NCBI GenBank assembly: GCA_043228905.1
Contig: JBHGNT010000021.1
Coordinates: forward strand, 8,556,001 to 8,620,000
Reading direction: 5' to 3'
DNA from: Azolla caroliniana
Taxonomy: Eukaryota; Plantae; Polypodiophyta
Length of the DNA: 64,000 bases
Shown: piece after piece, positions 63,801-64,000 of the stretch
Layout of the letters: the number at the start of each line of letters is the position of its first letter
How positions within the stretch are numbered: position 1 is the stretch's first letter
Made by a program: the position numbers and the translations under genes
Notes under the pieces: generated by a model
The model's database searches: none
Seen by the model: the letters and a program-made list of their open reading frames with translations, nothing else
Told to the model about the DNA's origin: nothing

Positions 63801-63919
63801 GAAGCAGTTTCTTTAATCTTCGCATCGCCTCTGTGTGCTCGTCTCGCCATTCGAACTTTATTCTTTTCTTTAGTAGTCCATATAACGGTTCGGCGACATG
63901 AGCGTAGTGAGGAATCCAT
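60859..63919 (-). mobile_element. 3' half of a third Phygy-like gypsy element, copy C
   Basis: 3' LTR 60859-61839 (TGTCGTGAA...TTCACGACA); same PPT as copy B; integrase ORF 61912..62997 and RNase H ORF 63034..~63919, separated by one TGG-to-TAG change. Unrelated LTR-like sequence follows 63919. Confidence 0.9.
61256..61320 (+). pseudogene. tRNA-derived cassette in LTR U3
   Basis: A box TGGCTTAATGG with intact D-arm (GCTT/AAGC), loop CTCCTAA, B box GGTTCTAATCC. Acceptor and anticodon stems do not pair. Confidence 0.65.
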
Positions 63920-64000
63920 AAAACCCTAAATGGGAAAAACCACGGGAGTCCTCCAACTCCAACTATCACTATACACAGAGATGTACAATGGTGAAGCTAC

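Overview
Eukaryotic, gene-free, transposon-saturated DNA. The element lineages (Tcn1-like, Phygy-like, Tork-like) suggest heterochromatin of a non-seed land plant such as a moss; this is an inference. No intact host gene, rRNA, functional tRNA or CRISPR-Cas locus is visible. The window has four blocks. (1) 1-21.8 kb: a decayed LINE split into three pieces by a copia/gypsy cluster and by a complete ~11-kb Sola2-type DNA transposon (10426-21401; 25-bp TIRs, AAAA TSD). The transposon carries a spliced DDD transposase plus a second, convergent multi-exon gene. (2) 23.0-58.0 kb: one copia element inflated to 35 kb by nested insertions up to five levels deep. These are two Trp-primed gypsy elements, a tandem gag-only derivative, a young chromovirus containing an inverted copy of itself, a self-priming Tcn1-like chromovirus and solo LTRs. 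(3) 58-60.8 kb: unassigned AT-rich DNA. (4) The 3' half of a third Trp-family gypsy element. Most notable: the two-gene Sola2 element; an apparent NCGN (CpG-centred) 4-bp target preference of the Trp-primed gypsy family; outward-facing tRNA-like A/B-box cassettes in the U3 of unrelated LTRs; a Tf1-type self-priming site; and a regularly interspaced palindromic repeat array in a chromovirus leader. All calls were made by eye and no database searches were run.
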